Below, in pieces: positions 26,696 through 34,662 of a stretch of DNA of 57,352 nucleotides. Every line of letters begins with the position of its first letter. Position 1 is the first letter of the stretch. Both the position numbers and the translations under genes were made by a program. The notes beneath the pieces were generated by a model that was not told the DNA's origin, made no database searches, and saw only the letters and a list, made by a program, of their open reading frames with translations. Source of the stretch: Parcubacteria group bacterium Gr01-1014_29 (GTDB lineage Bacteria; Patescibacteriota; Minisyncoccia; Ryanbacterales; 2-02-FULL-48-12); the NCBI GenBank assembly GCA_007376195.1, contig VMFT01000003.1, positions 1 through 57,352 on the forward strand, given 5' to 3'.

Positions 26696-27892
26696 ATGGA
26701 AAAAATTGAAGAAATTCTTACCCGATCGGTTGACGCAGTCTATCCAAGTCGACAGGCGCTACGAATACTGCTCTCTTCAGGCAAGCAAATCAGGGTATAT
26801 GTGGGTATTGATCCCACGGCAGATTATGTGCATCTGGGACACTCCACCAACTACCTTGTCTTGGAGCGGCTTTGGCGCTTGGGCCACAAAATTATCGTTC
26901 TGGTGGGGGATTTTACTGCGATGATCGGCGATCCAAGCGACAAAACGTCTGCAAGAGCTCCTCTTACAAAAGAAGAGGTTACCAAAAATCTGCAATCTTT
27001 TAAAAAGCAGATCGGGAAAATTCTTAATTTTGAAGACACGGACAACCCCATTGATTTTTTGTTTAACAGTACATGGCTCTCAAAGTTGAGCTTCGAAAAG
27101 CTTATTGAACTTGCTTCAAATTTTACTGTTCAACAAATGCTTGAGCGAGACATGTTTGAGAGACGGGTGCAAGAACACAAACCGCTGTATGTGCACGAGT
27201 TTTTTTATCCGTTGTTGCAAGGGTATGATTCGGTTGCGCTTGAAGTTGATTTGGAGGTGGGCGGCACCGATCAGACATTTAACATGCTTGCGGGACGAAC
27301 CCTTGCGCGCCGATATCTCAACCGCGAAAAATATGTTCTTGCGACAACACTGTTGGTACATCCGGTGACGGGAGAGAAAATGATGAGTAAAAGTCTTGGT
27401 ACCGGCATTGGTCTTAATGAGTCGCCGGAAAACATGTTTGGTAAAACCATGGCGTTGCCCGATGAAGGTATTGTACAGATGTTTGTTGATTGCACACGCA
27501 TGCCTATGGATGAGATTAATAAAAAAAAGAGGCGCCTCGAATCAGGGGAAAATCCTCGGGATATTAAATTGGAACTGGCGCACGAAATTGTTACGATGTA
27601 TCATGGTCGCAAAGTCGCCGATGGAGCCCGCGCGCATTGGAAAAAAGTCTTTAGCGAGAAAAGGATACCCGAAACCATACCGGAGGTGGAGATTAATAAA
27701 GGGATGCTTCTTGTTGATGTGTTGGTTGCCAATGGATTGGCAAAATCAAAGACAGGAGCCCGGCGGCTTATTTCCCAAAAAGCAGTAGAGTTTGATGGCA
27801 CCGTGTTGTCAGACGCTTCTGTGGCGCTTACAAAAAATGGCGTGCTGCGAGTAGGAAAGAAAAAATTGGTGCGTCTGAAAATAAATAAATAA
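26696..27892 (+). CDS. tyrS: Tyrosine--tRNA ligase
   Basis: HLGH (HIGH) motif, KMMSKS (KMSKS), and a C-terminal S4-like domain. The start is set to MEKIEEIL. Confidence 0.88.
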   Translation: MEKIEEILTRSVDAVYPSRQALRILLSSGKQIRVYVGIDPTADYVHLGHSTNYLVLERLWRLGHKIIVLVGDFTAMIGDPSDKTSARAPLTKEEVTKNLQSFKKQIGKILNFEDTDNPIDFLFNSTWLSKLSFEKLIELASNFTVQQMLERDMFERRVQEHKPLYVHEFFYPLLQGYDSVALEVDLEVGGTDQTFNMLAGRTLARRYLNREKYVLATTLLVHPVTGEKMMSKSLGTGIGLNESPENMFGKTMALPDEGIVQMFVDCTRMPMDEINKKKRRLESGENPRDIKLELAHEIVTMYHGRKVADGARAHWKKVFSEKRIPETIPEVEINKGMLLVDVLVANGLAKSKTGARRLISQKAVEFDGTVLSDASVALTKNGVLRVGKKKLVRLKINK

Positions 27893-27980
27893 AAACAAGG
27901 GGTTACCACGATGTGTTTTGGATAACCCAAGTTTTTGCGAACTCAATGGATCAAGAGACCCTCCTGCGCCCCGAAAAGTA

Positions 27981-28022
27981 ATTTCCAAAATAACTATGCG
28001 GTCGCATAGTTATTTTGGAAAT
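27981..28022. repeat. Hairpin family C copy 1 (ATTTCCAAA...GCGGTCGC...TTTGGAAAT)
   Basis: ATTTCCAAAATAACTATGCG-GT-CGCATAGTTATTTTGGAAAT; a related copy lies at 49188-49229. Confidence 0.8.
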
Positions 28023-28056
28023 CATGCACGCGACACTTCTTTCACAAGCAGTTTAT

Positions 28057-28092
28057 AAAAACTCCCCCGATTTTACATCGGGGGAGTTTTTT
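28057..28092. terminator. Bidirectional intrinsic terminator
   Basis: AAAAACTCCCCCGA-TTTTACA-TCGGGGGAGTTTTTT: GC-rich stem with an A-run and a T-run on either side. Confidence 0.7.
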
Positions 28093-28338
28093 AGTCACAA
28101 AAGATTACTCTTCAGGAGTTTCTTCATCCTCATCTTCTTCATCTTCCTCTTCTTTTGTTTCGTTTTCCTCATTCAAAAAATCGTCCATATTTTCTATTAT
28201 GGTTTTACTCGATGCTTATGATTTATCCTTGGGGGGATGTATGCACCGAGCGGACCAGTAATACGACCTTTCAGGACTATTCCTGATAAATAGCAAATAA
28301 AAAAAAGAGAGTCAACCCCCCTTATTTTATTGCAATTA

Positions 28339-28373
28339 CCAACTGACTAGACACTCGGTGTCTAGTCACTTGG
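28339..28373. repeat. Palindrome family D copy 3, immediately downstream of ruvC
   Basis: CCAACTGACTAGACAC-TCG-GTGTCTAGTCACTTGG. The loop is inverted relative to copies 1 and 2, so orientation relative to the upstream gene is the same. Confidence 0.9.
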
Positions 28374-28380
28374 TGGAGGG

Positions 28381-28857
28381 TTACCTCCATTGTTTTGTGA
28401 AAGCCGCTGTAAGCGCAATGGCAAGGGCGTCAGCCGCGTCATCCGGGCTGGGAGGGCTGGTAAGGTGTAAGGTGCGCATTACCATGCGTTGTACCTGTAT
28501 TTTGTCAGCTTTTCCATATCCGCATACCACCAGTTTTACTTGTAATGGTGTGAATTCCTGTAATGGAATACCGCATTCTTCACTTAACAAGAAAAGTACA
28601 CCGCGGGTTTCAGCAACACGGAGCGCTGTTTTTGTGTTTTTTGCAAAAAATAATTGCTCCAGCACAAGAATGTTTGGCGACTCCTGTGCTATAATGTTTC
28701 GCAACTTGGTATAAATAACATGGAGGCGTTTGGCAGGAAGATCTGTTTTTTTTGTTTCAATACACCCCGCGGTAACATAAAAAAGAGACGAACCTTCTTT
28801 GCGGACAAGTCCGTATCCCACGCGACCATACCCGGGATCGATGCCTAATATAATCAT
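28381..28857 (-). CDS. ruvC: Crossover junction endodeoxyribonuclease RuvC
   Basis: MIILGIDPGYGRVGYGLV N-terminus with catalytic Asp; about 158 aa. Confidence 0.9.
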   Translation of the reverse strand: MIILGIDPGYGRVGYGLVRKEGSSLFYVTAGCIETKKTDLPAKRLHVIYTKLRNIIAQESPNILVLEQLFFAKNTKTALRVAETRGVLFLLSEECGIPLQEFTPLQVKLVVCGYGKADKIQVQRMVMRTLHLTSPPSPDDAADALAIALTAAFTKQWR

Positions 28858-28942
28858 AAATCAAAAATAAAAATGCAAAAATCACAATTTTTGAAATAGT
28901 ACAATGATTTGCTATAGCAAATCATTGTACTCTATAATAATT

Positions 28943-29491
28943 TTACACTTTGATATTTACATTTTGCATTGTGTTTGTGTACACCTCTTGTATGTCTTCA
29001 TGTTCTTCTAAAACTTCTGCCAGCTCGTCAATTTTCTTCCGTGTCTCATCGTCAACCGGTACTGTTGTTTTTGCTATCCATTCTTCTCCCTCTTTTACAA
29101 ATGCCCACAGCGCCCCTCCCGGGGCCATTTTTGCGCCATGAGTCTCGAGAACTGTTCGTATTTGGGCGAATGTCCGATTATTGTTGTCGGTACTGCCTTC
29201 AATAACAAGCGCCACTCCCCCGGGTCCGTATGCCTCATACGTAACGCGCATAAGTGTGTTTTCAGGAGATGTTGCTTTGGTGATGGCGCGATCAATGGTG
29301 TCTTTCGGCATGTTTACCGCCTGCGCGTTTTCTATCGCAGTGCGCAGTGTCGGATTGAGGCCGGGATCCTGACCTTTTTCACGCGCAGCAAGCGTTATAG
29401 CGTGCGAAAGTTGCGAAAAAGTCTTGCTGCGCTTTGCATCGGTTGCCCCTTTTTTGTGTTTAATTTGAGACCATTTTGAATGTCCTGACAT
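28943..29491 (-). CDS. YebC/PmpR family DNA-binding transcriptional regulator (short)
   Basis: MSGHSKWSQIKHKKGATDAKRSKTF...NMPKDTIDRAI is the YebC N-terminal signature. Confidence 0.88.
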   Translation of the reverse strand: MSGHSKWSQIKHKKGATDAKRSKTFSQLSHAITLAAREKGQDPGLNPTLRTAIENAQAVNMPKDTIDRAITKATSPENTLMRVTYEAYGPGGVALVIEGSTDNNNRTFAQIRTVLETHGAKMAPGGALWAFVKEGEEWIAKTTVPVDDETRKKIDELAEVLEEHEDIQEVYTNTMQNVNIKV

Positions 29492-29501
29492 AGATAAGGG
29501 A

Positions 29502-29529
29502 TTAGTAACTCGTAACTAGTAACTAGGGG
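29502..29529. repeat. Heptad-periodic array TTAGTAA CTCGTAA CTAGTAA CTAGGGG
   Basis: TAA recurs at 7 nt spacing. The array contains the stop codon of the PH-domain gene (minus strand). Confidence 0.7.
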
Positions 29530-30067
29530 ATTGAGTTGTTTGTTCTTCACTCTTCTTTTGTGCTTTTTGCGAATACTCCAAGATAAACCGTTTTGCCTCT
29601 TCTATCCGCGGTACGTCACGAACAAGAAAGCTTTTTTCTCCTGCAGTGTGGATTGTCATAGTACCGAAGTCAAGAAAGGTTGCTATCATGTTGGGAATCT
29701 CACTTGTTATATCTTGCACCCGTTCTAAAAGAAACTCGGATATTTCCCTATTAAACAAGCCACGCTGTTCGACATCAATAATACGCCGTGTGGTGACAAC
29801 CCACACATCGAGACGGTAGTTGATCCAGACAGCAAATGCCAATAGGAGGACAATAAGGGTATACAGAGAAAAAAGAAACCATGCCAACGGATCAAGGATC
29901 GATGGCGCCACAAATGCATACACGGCGTCTTTTACAAAAAACAGTATGGTACCGAACAAGATAATAAATACAATACCCGCAAGTTCACGCGCCAGCACAA
30001 ACCAGTGCCGATGAAGCACGAGAAGCACCTGTTCGTTTTCATTTAAATGGAGTGATTGAATGGGCAT
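29516..30067 (-). CDS. Bacterial PH-domain (YdbT/DUF304-like) membrane protein
   Basis: VLLVLHRHWFVLA start of a bPH_2-like domain, two TM helices, and a second beta-rich segment. Confidence 0.6.
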   Translation of the reverse strand: MPIQSLHLNENEQVLLVLHRHWFVLARELAGIVFIILFGTILFFVKDAVYAFVAPSILDPLAWFLFSLYTLIVLLLAFAVWINYRLDVWVVTTRRIIDVEQRGLFNREISEFLLERVQDITSEIPNMIATFLDFGTMTIHTAGEKSFLVRDVPRIEEAKRFILEYSQKAQKKSEEQTTQSPSY

Positions 30068-30068
30068 G

Positions 30069-30275
30069 TTACATTAAACTATCCCAAGGGACGCGGCTGA
30101 AAAGATACGCAGAAATGATTATGAGAATAAGAGAACTGGCAATAAACGGTGTCACAAAACTATGCATGGGATCTTCTCGAACCGCATACGCGCGTATGTG
30201 ATAGACCAATGCCGCCGAGAAGGCAGTATAACCGATTATGAATAGAAAATAGAGAATAAGAGCTATTGTAAACAT
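30069..30275 (-). CDS. Small 2-TM membrane protein
   Basis: Hydrophobic 68 aa ORF, 1 nt from the downstream gene. The ATG start is chosen over the upstream TTG. Confidence 0.4.
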   Translation of the reverse strand: MFTIALILYFLFIIGYTAFSAALVYHIRAYAVREDPMHSFVTPFIASSLILIIISAYLFSRVPWDSLM

Positions 30276-30372
30276 AAGTTCAAATGACAAAACTCAAATA
30301 CCAAATCAATACCAAATGCTTTAATGTCAAATATTTTTTGAGCTTTGGATTTTGACATTGTGGTTTACTATC

Positions 30373-31410
30373 TTAAAGTAGTGTTTCTTGCATAGTGGTT
30401 GGTAGCGGCAGCCCTAAATGTTCATAGGCGTGTGCGGTAACAACGCGTCCTCGCGGAGTTCGTTCAATGAACCCCAACTGCAAGAGGTACGGCTCATATA
30501 CTTCTTCAATAGTTTCAATTTCTTCAGATGTGGAGGCGGCAAGCGTTTGTACGCCGACTGGTCCACCGTTGTGTTTAAAAATAAGCGCTTCCAAAATGCG
30601 CCGGTCGCTTGGCTCAAGTCCCCGATTGTCAATTTCAAGAAGTTCAAGAGCATCGTGGGATCCATCTGCGGTTATAACGCCGTTGCCGCGCACATCCGCG
30701 TAGTCGCGGCAACGTTTTAGAAGCCGGTTTGCAACGCGGGGTGTCGCACGGCTGCGTAGCGCAAGCTCTGTGATCGCCACTGGCTCTATAGCAACATTCA
30801 AAATAGCGGCGGATCGCGCAATAATGCGTTCGATATCTTGCTGTGTATAAAAAGAAAGACGATAGGTACCTCCGGAAAACCGGGAACGCAAGGGTGATGA
30901 CAAAAGGGCAATCCGCGTAGTCGCGGCAAGTAGCGTAAAGGGGGGCAGATCAAGTTGGAGTATCCGGGCGGATGGCCCTTTCCCGATTATAATATCCAGC
31001 GAGCGCGATTCCATGGCGGGATACAAAATTTCTTCCACCAATTTGTTTAGTCGATGTATCTCATCAATAAAAAGAATATCTCCTGGTATTAGGTTGGTGA
31101 GTATGGAAGCAAGATCTCCCACACGTTCTATGGCAGGGCCTGATGTCACACGGATAGCCGCACCCATTTCTTTTGCAATAAGGTGCGCGAGTGTTGTCTT
31201 GCCAAGTCCCGCGGGGCCGTAAAACAAGATATGCTCCAACGGCTCATTTCTGCGCCGCGCCGCTTCCAGAGAAATTGCGAGATTTTTTTTGATGGCGTCT
31301 TGTCCAATATAATCATTCCATGTATGCGGACGCAGTGAGGCATCCAAGGTCTTATCTTCCCCCGGTTCTTTACGGCTTACTATGGAGATTTCTTCGGCAC
31401 CTTGCGTCAT
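30373..31410 (-). CDS. ruvB: Holliday junction branch migration ATPase RuvB
   Basis: Walker A GPAGLGKTTLAHLIAKEMG, Walker B LFIDEIHRL, and sensor and winged-helix regions. Confidence 0.95.
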   Translation of the reverse strand: MTQGAEEISIVSRKEPGEDKTLDASLRPHTWNDYIGQDAIKKNLAISLEAARRRNEPLEHILFYGPAGLGKTTLAHLIAKEMGAAIRVTSGPAIERVGDLASILTNLIPGDILFIDEIHRLNKLVEEILYPAMESRSLDIIIGKGPSARILQLDLPPFTLLAATTRIALLSSPLRSRFSGGTYRLSFYTQQDIERIIARSAAILNVAIEPVAITELALRSRATPRVANRLLKRCRDYADVRGNGVITADGSHDALELLEIDNRGLEPSDRRILEALIFKHNGGPVGVQTLAASTSEEIETIEEVYEPYLLQLGFIERTPRGRVVTAHAYEHLGLPLPTTMQETLL

Positions 31411-31446
31411 GGGAATAGTATACCATACATTTTAGGCTTCAGAGAT

Positions 31447-31615
31447 GTAATTACTCACACCTCTCACAAAAATATCACAAAAACCATGTTCAACAAGAAA
31501 ACACAAAAGTTTTTTCGAAAAGTCTGGCTGAGCGAAGCGAGGAGAACCGAGGACTTTTTGAAAAGAGCTTTTGTGTTTTCTTGTCCAATACAAAATCAAG
31601 TGTGAGCAGTTACTC
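31447..31615. repeat. Nested palindromic element (about 170 bp) upstream of ruvB
   Basis: Outer arms GTAATTACTCACAC / GTGTGAGCAGTTAC. A perfect 16 bp inner inverted repeat is CAAGAAAACACAAAAG (31494-31509) / CTTTTGTGTTTTCTTG (31568-31583). A further inner pair is CGAAAAGTC / GACTTTTTG. Confidence 0.75.
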
Positions 31616-31690
31616 AGAGATTGCTTGACAAACACCAAACAACCTGCTACCCTACCCAAGATTTAAGAAGTTTGTTTTTCTTGTATTCTT

Positions 31691-31853
31691 GTTCGTAGCC
31701 TCCAGGCAATTAAGGCCCCAAATCCTTATCTGGGCTTTTTCCCCGCGGGTACTTCGGTTCTCCGATGTAAATCGGAGGGTTACGGGGGTATTCCCGAGAA
31801 AAGTTCTAAGTCCTGTGTACCTATGCCAGGACAATTACCTGGAGGCTACGAGT
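31691..31853 (+). ncRNA. Candidate structured RNA of unknown class (four-helix junction closed by a 13-16 bp stem)
   Basis: Closing stem is CGTAGCCTCCAGG (31694-31706) / CCTGGAGGCTACG (31838-31850). Internal hairpins are GGCCC..GGGCT, CCCCG..CGGGG enclosing CTCCGAT-GTAA-ATCGGAG and a TTCG loop, and GTCCTG..CAGGAC. GNRA and UNCG loops appear only on the plus strand. A TTGACA hexamer lies at about 31625. Confidence 0.35.
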
Positions 31854-31861
31854 CGGAACGA

Positions 31862-33532
31862 TTATTCTCCCGTAACCCGCTCAACTTCTTCCCACGAGGT
31901 GATACCTGCGATGGTTTTTAATGCGCCGTCTTGATGCATGGTGAGCATCCCTTGTTTTTTTGCCGCTTCGCGCACTGCCGCCTCGGACGGCCGTTCTAAA
32001 ATCATGCCTTCAATCGCATCATCAATACGAAATACCTCAAATATGCCGACGCGCCCTTTGTAGCCGGTGTGATTGCATGCGTCACAACCAGTCGCGCGCC
32101 ATATTGTTGTTTTGGCAAGGGATGGTTTTATGTACGGCGCCGGTAAATCTTTCATGGTATCTTCAATGCGTTTTAATTCTTTGCCGGCAAGCGGATATTG
32201 TGCGCGGCATGTTGCGCATAGTTTGCGTACCAGACGCTGTGCCATGGCGGTATTGATTGCGGGGGCGATGATGTTGGGTTGTACCCCAAGGTCAATAAGG
32301 CGCGGGATAGTGCCGGGTGCGTTGTTGGTGTGGAGCGTAGAAAATACCAAATGCCCCGTAAGTGATGCGTGCATAGCGATTTCCGCCGTTTCTTTGTCGC
32401 GGATTTCTCCCACCAAAATTACATCGGGGTCTTGGCGCAAGATGGAACGAAGGCCGTTGGAGAAATCATATCCTTTGTCGTGGTCTACCTGTGTCTGGTT
32501 TATGCCTAAAAGATGATACTCAATCGGGTCTTCAATGGTTATGATATTGATGTCCGGAGAGTTGATGCGTTTGACAAACGCGTAGAGTGTTGTGGTTTTT
32601 CCTGATCCGGTGGGGCCGGTGGTGAGCAGCATGCCGTTGGGTTTTTTGAGCTCGTTCACCAAAAGATCAAACACCGGCTGCTGCATGCCGAGGTTTTCCA
32701 TTGAGAGCGCTATCATTTTCGGTGAAAGAATACGCATCACAATCGATTCCCCTTGCGGTCCGGGAAGGGTGGAGGTGCGTACCTCAATATCTTCCGTATT
32801 TGTGCGGATGGTAAAGCGGCCGTCCTGCGCCCGCTCGCGAATGTTTAGTTTGATGCCGGAGATCAGTTTTATGCGCGAAAGAAGCAGAGTATAAACTTGC
32901 GGAGAGAAAAACATAACGTCGTGCAACACACCGTCGAGTCGCAGACGCAGGCGGGTTTTTTTCTCTTCTGCTTCAATGTGGATGTCTGATGCATCCAAAG
33001 TGAGCGCGCCGCTCAGCGCAACTTCCAGCGTAAGTGATATTTGCCGTTCTTCCCCGCTTGCTATAAGAGGTTCCAAGGCATCACATAGTTGGTCGGTAGT
33101 GCGGATAACGGAGCTGGCAGAGACAACAGCTTTTGTTACAAGGGAAACAATGCCCTTAAGGACAGGTTTTGAATATGTTGCTTCTTTGTATTTATCCCAC
33201 GCTTTCTCAAGACTGTGGCGTGACACCATAAACACCTGCGGTTCGTACTGTTTATGTTTAAGATCTTCAAGAATGCCTTGGGCCTGCATTGAATTCGGGT
33301 TGCGGATGGCCACTTTTATTTTTTTACCCGCCGTCTGGATAACGGCAAGCTCGGCTTCGCGCGCTTGTGTTTCCAGAACGATAAGAACTGATGTGGTATC
33401 AATGCTTATCGTATCTAGGTTAAGATAGGGAAGGTTGTATTTTTTTGAAAGTACGCGCGCGAGCTCTTCTTCTTCTTCCAAATGTAATGTTTGAAGTTTC
33501 TCGTTTACTTTGTTTTCGTCGAATCGGACCAT
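31862..33532 (-). CDS. pilB: GspE/PilB family type II/IV secretion ATPase
   Basis: N-terminal T2SSE_N-like region, Walker A GPTGSGKTTTLYA, Asp box DPIEY, Walker B VILVGEIRD, and a tetracysteine motif (CATC...CDACNHTGYKGR). Confidence 0.88.
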   Translation of the reverse strand: MVRFDENKVNEKLQTLHLEEEEELARVLSKKYNLPYLNLDTISIDTTSVLIVLETQAREAELAVIQTAGKKIKVAIRNPNSMQAQGILEDLKHKQYEPQVFMVSRHSLEKAWDKYKEATYSKPVLKGIVSLVTKAVVSASSVIRTTDQLCDALEPLIASGEERQISLTLEVALSGALTLDASDIHIEAEEKKTRLRLRLDGVLHDVMFFSPQVYTLLLSRIKLISGIKLNIRERAQDGRFTIRTNTEDIEVRTSTLPGPQGESIVMRILSPKMIALSMENLGMQQPVFDLLVNELKKPNGMLLTTGPTGSGKTTTLYAFVKRINSPDINIITIEDPIEYHLLGINQTQVDHDKGYDFSNGLRSILRQDPDVILVGEIRDKETAEIAMHASLTGHLVFSTLHTNNAPGTIPRLIDLGVQPNIIAPAINTAMAQRLVRKLCATCRAQYPLAGKELKRIEDTMKDLPAPYIKPSLAKTTIWRATGCDACNHTGYKGRVGIFEVFRIDDAIEGMILERPSEAAVREAAKKQGMLTMHQDGALKTIAGITSWEEVERVTGE

Positions 33533-33570
33533 ATCGTGAGTGTATCATAATAGGGAACATCTGACATCTT

Positions 33571-33697
33571 TACTTTGAATTACGAAATCCCTCCCCCGCC
33601 CGCCTTGCTTCGCAACGCGAAGCGGGCAGGCAACCTCCCTTTTCCAAAGGGGGATGAAGGGGGATTTTTAGTGTCAGACATTCTCGTAAATCTTAAA
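33571..33697. repeat. TIR-like module + family A palindrome copy 4 (33585-33669) with a central GC hairpin
   Basis: TACTTTGAATTACGAAA, then AAATCCCTCCCCCGCCCGCC..GCTTCGC-AAC-GCGAAGC..CCTCCCTTTTCCAAAGGGGGATGAAGGGGGATTTTT. It is flanked by TCTGACA / TGTCAGA. A degenerate right end overlaps the stop of 33693..34571. Confidence 0.7.
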
Positions 33698-34571
33698 TCT
33701 GTTTAATCAACTTTCTCGCTTCCAGCTCCGCTTCACTAAAGTTCTCAAATGACCGCACTATAATCATATCGTCTTTTGCGGGGGTTTCGGCGGCATCGGC
33801 GAGTTTTGTCAGAGTATGCGGGTCGGTGCTTGAGAGGAGAATATGAACGTTTTTTGTAGTGTCTTTGGGGCTTTGCCACAACACGACGACGAGCAGCGGC
33901 AGTTTCATAAAACGCCGCATGCTGCGGATGAGAGCGGGTAAGATGGTATCAGACTGGTTTGTTTTCTGAAAATCTTCTTTGGGGAGGAATGCCCAAAATG
34001 TGTTCGTATCATCTTCCCTATAAGACCGGAGCAACGCGCGTCCTAAAAGTTTCATGGAGTCTAGGCTCCATAGATTGTCTGCTAGGGCGCCGATTGACGA
34101 AAGGTTTATTACAGCATCAGGATTTTTTAGCGGCGCTTCTGTTTTTATAATGCGCCGCAAGTCTTCTTCATTGGAAAATCCAAGCGCTATGATCATGTCG
34201 CTTGGCAGGTGGCGTTCTTCCATGGTAAACGCGTCTTTTGTGAGCTTATTGTGTGGGGAGAGAAATATTCGGAGCACCCCGTTTTCTTTTTCGTACCGGA
34301 GTTCATCAACCGGATGCGCGGATGTATCAAGCGCCAACGCGACTTCTTTCCGAGGACGCTCCTTTTTGAACATATGGCTCCAGCGATCTTGCAGATGGTC
34401 GGTTGCGTTAAGAAGCGAAGTTTTCTCACCCAGCCGTTCTTTGAGCGCGTGCGCGGCAAGGAGTTCGGCATCGCCGGCATCGGGTCCGAGAACAATGCCA
34501 ATACGTTCGCTTGTCTCGGCAAGCGTTAAAATCTTTAGAATATGCTCCATGTCTTTCATTTCCATAGCCAA
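33693..34571 (-). CDS. Degenerate DHH/DHHA1 (NrnA-like) family protein, probably non-catalytic
   Basis: Its length and layout resemble NrnA (IGIVLGPDAGDAELLAAHAL in place of H..PDGDAIGS; LLGRAL in the linker), but the DHH histidines are not evident. Confidence 0.4.
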   Translation of the reverse strand: MAMEMKDMEHILKILTLAETSERIGIVLGPDAGDAELLAAHALKERLGEKTSLLNATDHLQDRWSHMFKKERPRKEVALALDTSAHPVDELRYEKENGVLRIFLSPHNKLTKDAFTMEERHLPSDMIIALGFSNEEDLRRIIKTEAPLKNPDAVINLSSIGALADNLWSLDSMKLLGRALLRSYREDDTNTFWAFLPKEDFQKTNQSDTILPALIRSMRRFMKLPLLVVVLWQSPKDTTKNVHILLSSTDPHTLTKLADAAETPAKDDMIIVRSFENFSEAELEARKLIKQI

Positions 34572-34662
34572 TTCCTAGCACGCCATAGTGAAAGTGGAAA
34601 GCATTGACTTTTTATATTTTTTAGTGTATTATACACATCAAATTGCGAAAGGAGGCTCTTTT

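Noticed and set aside
28105-28188. A 27 aa extremely acidic minus-strand ORF (MDDFLNEENETKEEEDEEDEDEETPEE) followed by the bidirectional terminator.
   Set aside because: It is too short, is low-complexity, and has no clear SD. It may be real, but it cannot be supported from sequence alone.
31691-31853. TPP riboswitch-like strings (CCGAGA, UAUGCCAGG) in the candidate RNA.
   Set aside because: The resemblance is partial. The conserved CUGAGA and ACCUGAUCUGGAUAAUGCCAGCG cores are not present. No thiamine-related gene lies downstream on that strand.
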